Of a stretch of 64,000 bases of DNA, positions 60,904 to 64,000 are shown in pieces; position 1 is the stretch's first letter; each line of letters begins with the position of its first letter. The position numbers were made by a program, and so were the translations under genes. The notes under the pieces were generated by a model. That model worked only from the letters and a program-made list of their open reading frames with translations. It had not been told where the DNA came from and did not search any database. The stretch is from NCBI RefSeq assembly GCF_000315625.1, contig NW_005434623.1, forward strand, positions 151,317 through 215,316. Reading direction: 5' to 3'. Source of the DNA: Guillardia theta CCMP2712. Taxonomy: Eukaryota; Protista; Cryptophyta.

Positions 60904-63790
60904 ATGAGGGAGAGGATGAGAAGCAGGAGCGTCAGGCCTCGTTCACCAGCAACTGCAGCATGCTTGGCCCTCACCCTCCTCGCCTGCATGGCTCTTGCTC
61001 AGAGTGACGTCGCAGATCCGACATGCTCGGGCGAGTGTGAAGCGGAGGAGCCCCTGGCGACGCCAGAGGTTGTTCTACTATGGCCGGACGAAGGAAGAGT
61101 CTTCAAGAATGGCAGCAACATCGTCGCTGCCCTGGTGACGGCGAGGTGCTGCCATGCTGAGCGGCTCATGACGGGCTAACAGATCGCAGGTTTGACACGC
61201 CTAGGGAGGGCTACATCCACCTCCTCCTCAATGGGTACCCTGAAGCGAACTTTACCCCGCATGCGCAGGACACGGAGGTGAGGGAAGGGAGAGCGGCGAT
61301 GAAAGAGGGGGGTGGAAGGAGGTATCCCTCCTTGTGCGATCATAGCATTGAGTAGGGGAGGAACTCGCCTGCTGAAGTTTGACAAGAGGGCAGAGTGAGG
61401 TTTTTAGTGCTGACGATCTCCTCCTCCTCTAGGGAAACAGGCGTCTTCACATCGTGCTTCCGCCCATCGCAGACGGGGGAGTGTCGGTAGAGGTAAGATG
61501 CAGAAAACATGATAGCATTGCCTTGTCTATGTTTCCTTGCTCTGATTGCTGCTTGCCACTGCCTCTCCACCTGCTGTTGCGGCAGCTTCTCCTGCTCCTC
61601 CTGCTTTTGCTCCTTCTCCTTCTCCTTCTCCTCCTTCCCCTCCTTCTGCTCCTTCTGCTCCTTCTGCTCCTCTTTCAATTCCTCTTCTTCCTCCCCTTCC
61701 TCCTCCTCTTCCTGCTACTCTGATGCATCCCTTGACGCTGTGTACGTGGAAGGTTCAGTGTCGATCGCCAAAAGGGAAACTGCTGGCCAAGGCAGGAGCA
61801 ACGTTCTTTGTTCAGAGTAATATATCGCTGCCATCAACAAAGTCGTCTATGATATGGGAGAAGCCAGGGTAAGACAGATCAGCAGTGAATTGATGTAACG
61901 TGATGTTTAAGATCTTGCCATGACGTCGGATTCTGCGATCAGAGGAAAGATTGTAACAACCACGGGGAATGTCGCAATGGAGCTTGTATTTGTGATGCAA
62001 ACTGGGCGGGTAAGCCTTTTGTCATCGTTTTTCATGGGAAGGACGAGATAAATGATGATGGCGACGATGATGATGACGATGACGATGACGACGACGACGA
62101 CGACGATGACGATGATATGATGATGATGATGGAGTCGAGACTGATGGATATGATGATAATGGAGACGATGGTAGGAGAGATGATGACCGTTGAGATGAGA
62201 AACATGACGATACTGCTGTTTTCAAGGTTGGTGGTGGTGGTGGTGATGATGATGGCGATGGTGATTGATGATAATCCTGATGATGATGCTGATGCTGATG
62301 CTGATGATGCTGCCGATGGTGACATCTTGCTTTCAGGGGACACTTGCGATCATGACATCTTGAACAATCCAACGTATCTGCCTGACATCCATCCCCTCGA
62401 ATCGCCCTCCTTGTGCCACAAGTCAGCTTCATGGGAAAACTTGTCTGCGATGCTGCTGAAGGAGCTTCAAAGTTTACACTCACTTGGTCTCGTCTCAACA
62501 CTGATCTCCCGCCTCTCACCTGCTGTTTCAGGCCATTGCTCTGACGAGAGCAGAGTCATGTGGTTTGCTGCTCCTCATCATGGTTCGAACCTCTGGCTCC
62601 TTCTCTGCCTATGCTCTTTCGTCCTCCTGCTTTTCCTCCTCCTGTTTCTACTTTTTCTCCTCCTCCTTTTCCTCCTTTTCTCCCCAGCCTCTTTTCATAA
62701 TCCCTCCTTTACAACCTTTAAAATCTCCGTGTTCATCTCTTCACTCTCCTTTGGTTTCAGTTCCTGCTTCCCATTCCCTGGTGTAACTTGTCTCTCCCCT
62801 TGCTCTCGACTACCCACTCTCTGCTCCTCTGTCTGGATTCCTGCCTCTGTTTTCTCCTACCTCTTCCCTCGCTGATCTCCTCCGTCAGGTCTGGGAGGAA
62901 ACATGCACATCCTTACCGTCGCGCTCACACACGCGCTTGCGAACTCCAGGGCGATGGGAGTTGTGTGAGTCAGAGGGAGCAGGAGGAGGAGCAGGAGGAG
63001 GAGCAGGAGGAGGAGCAGGAGGGAGGAGGAGATGGGAGATGAACGAGGAATTTGAAAATAGGAATGGGAATGGAAATATAAGGTTAGAGGCGATTAGATG
63101 GGAAAGGGAGAGAATGTAGCAAGGAGTGTCAAGCTTCTCGTGGCGAGGAGAGGCTGCATAAAATACCCGTGAGAGGGAAGCAAATAGCCAAGTAGATGAG
63201 TGAGTGAAAGAGAAAACGCAGAGTGAGGGGTATCAAAGGGAGACGGGAAGACATTGACAGAGGAAGGGCGAGAAGATGGCAGAGAAAGTAGAGGAGCGCA
63301 TTCAATGACTTTTTGACGACTTCATCAGAGGTAGCTGGACGTACGGGTCTCATGAAGGCTGTAATGGAGCCTCACACGGGCTGGCATGCTACTACAACGA
63401 CTATGCTTCTGCCTGCCCGCACCTGTTTGTGAACGAGCACTCGGGTAGGAGAGAAAGAGGACAAGTGGAGGAGGAGGAAGAGGAAGAAGAGGAAGAGGAG
63501 TCAGAGGAAGAGAGAGGGATGTGGTGGTGAACATGGAAGTGATGGAGGAGAGGAGGAGAGGAGGAGAGGAGGAGAGGAGGAGAGGAGGAGAGGAGGAGAG
63601 GAGGAGAGGAGGAGAGGAGGAGAGGAAGAGAGGAGGAGAGGAGGAGGAGGAAACGGGAGAGAGGGAAAGCTAAGATGATGAGATTGAGTGCAGGGGAATA
63701 TTTGCTTCTGAGAGAGGAGGAGCCGAACTGGATGTGGGAGGACCGAAATCGACTCACTGGTCACGGTCGAAACCCTTCGCATGTTGGTGA
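60904..63790 (+). CDS. Secreted/ER-targeted hypothetical protein, multi-exon, runs off the window
   Basis: Signal peptide AACLALTLLACMALA-Q; exons such as GYIHLLLNGYPEANF, HEGCNGASHGLACYYNDYASACPHLF. Confidence 0.55.
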
Positions 63791-64000
63791 GATGGGGGAG
63801 GGGAAAGGGAGGGAGAGACGTGTACGGTACCGTGAGAAGAAAAGAGCGCATCTTTGTGCGAAAGGAGACAACAATGATAGGAGATTGTTGAAGTGCTTGA
63901 GGAGGAAGAGTGCGATCGAATGAGGGGAAAACGAGGAGGAAACCAACGAGAAGGAGAGAGGGAGGAGGAGGAGGAGGAGGAGGAAGAGGAGGAGGAGGTA

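Noticed and set aside
1-64000. tRNA, rRNA or autonomous transposase/RT genes
   Set aside because: No such motifs recognised by eye; covariance-model and profile searches were not possible.

Overview
Eukaryotic nuclear DNA, most consistent with a cryptophyte alga (Guillardia-like; inferred from short ~50-nt GT-AG introns with CTGAC branch motifs, GA/CT-microsatellite-filled introns and bipartite signal+'F' plastid leaders). Two assembly gaps. About 19-20 genes, mostly multi-exon. Recognisable ones: a TM9SF/EMP70 3' end, a tail-to-tail pair of ABCG half-transporters (one lacks Walker A), a Crinkler/RHS-type NTPase+nuclease gene, two fucosyltransferase-like genes (GT23, GT11), a class V PLP cysteine-desulfurase-like gene, a membrane PTEN-like phosphatase, a plastid IGPS-like pseudoenzyme, an RWP-RK factor, an E2 ubiquitin-conjugating enzyme, and plastid DUF1499 and DUF2854 proteins. 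The most unusual signal is non-coding: about ten intergenic GC/CpG-rich 'islands' built from a small vocabulary of short palindromic words. A duplicated segment shows these regions diverge mainly by micro-insertions, and they repeatedly carry one-ended copies of a ~25-55 bp element (TTCTTTACTCAAAGTTAAGTTAAAAATCAG...) that also occurs as a paired TIR around a ~265 bp MITE-like unit. A separate GGGGTAGGGG-type tract occurs upstream of many genes. All gene models were spliced by eye and family calls rest on recognised motifs, not database searches.
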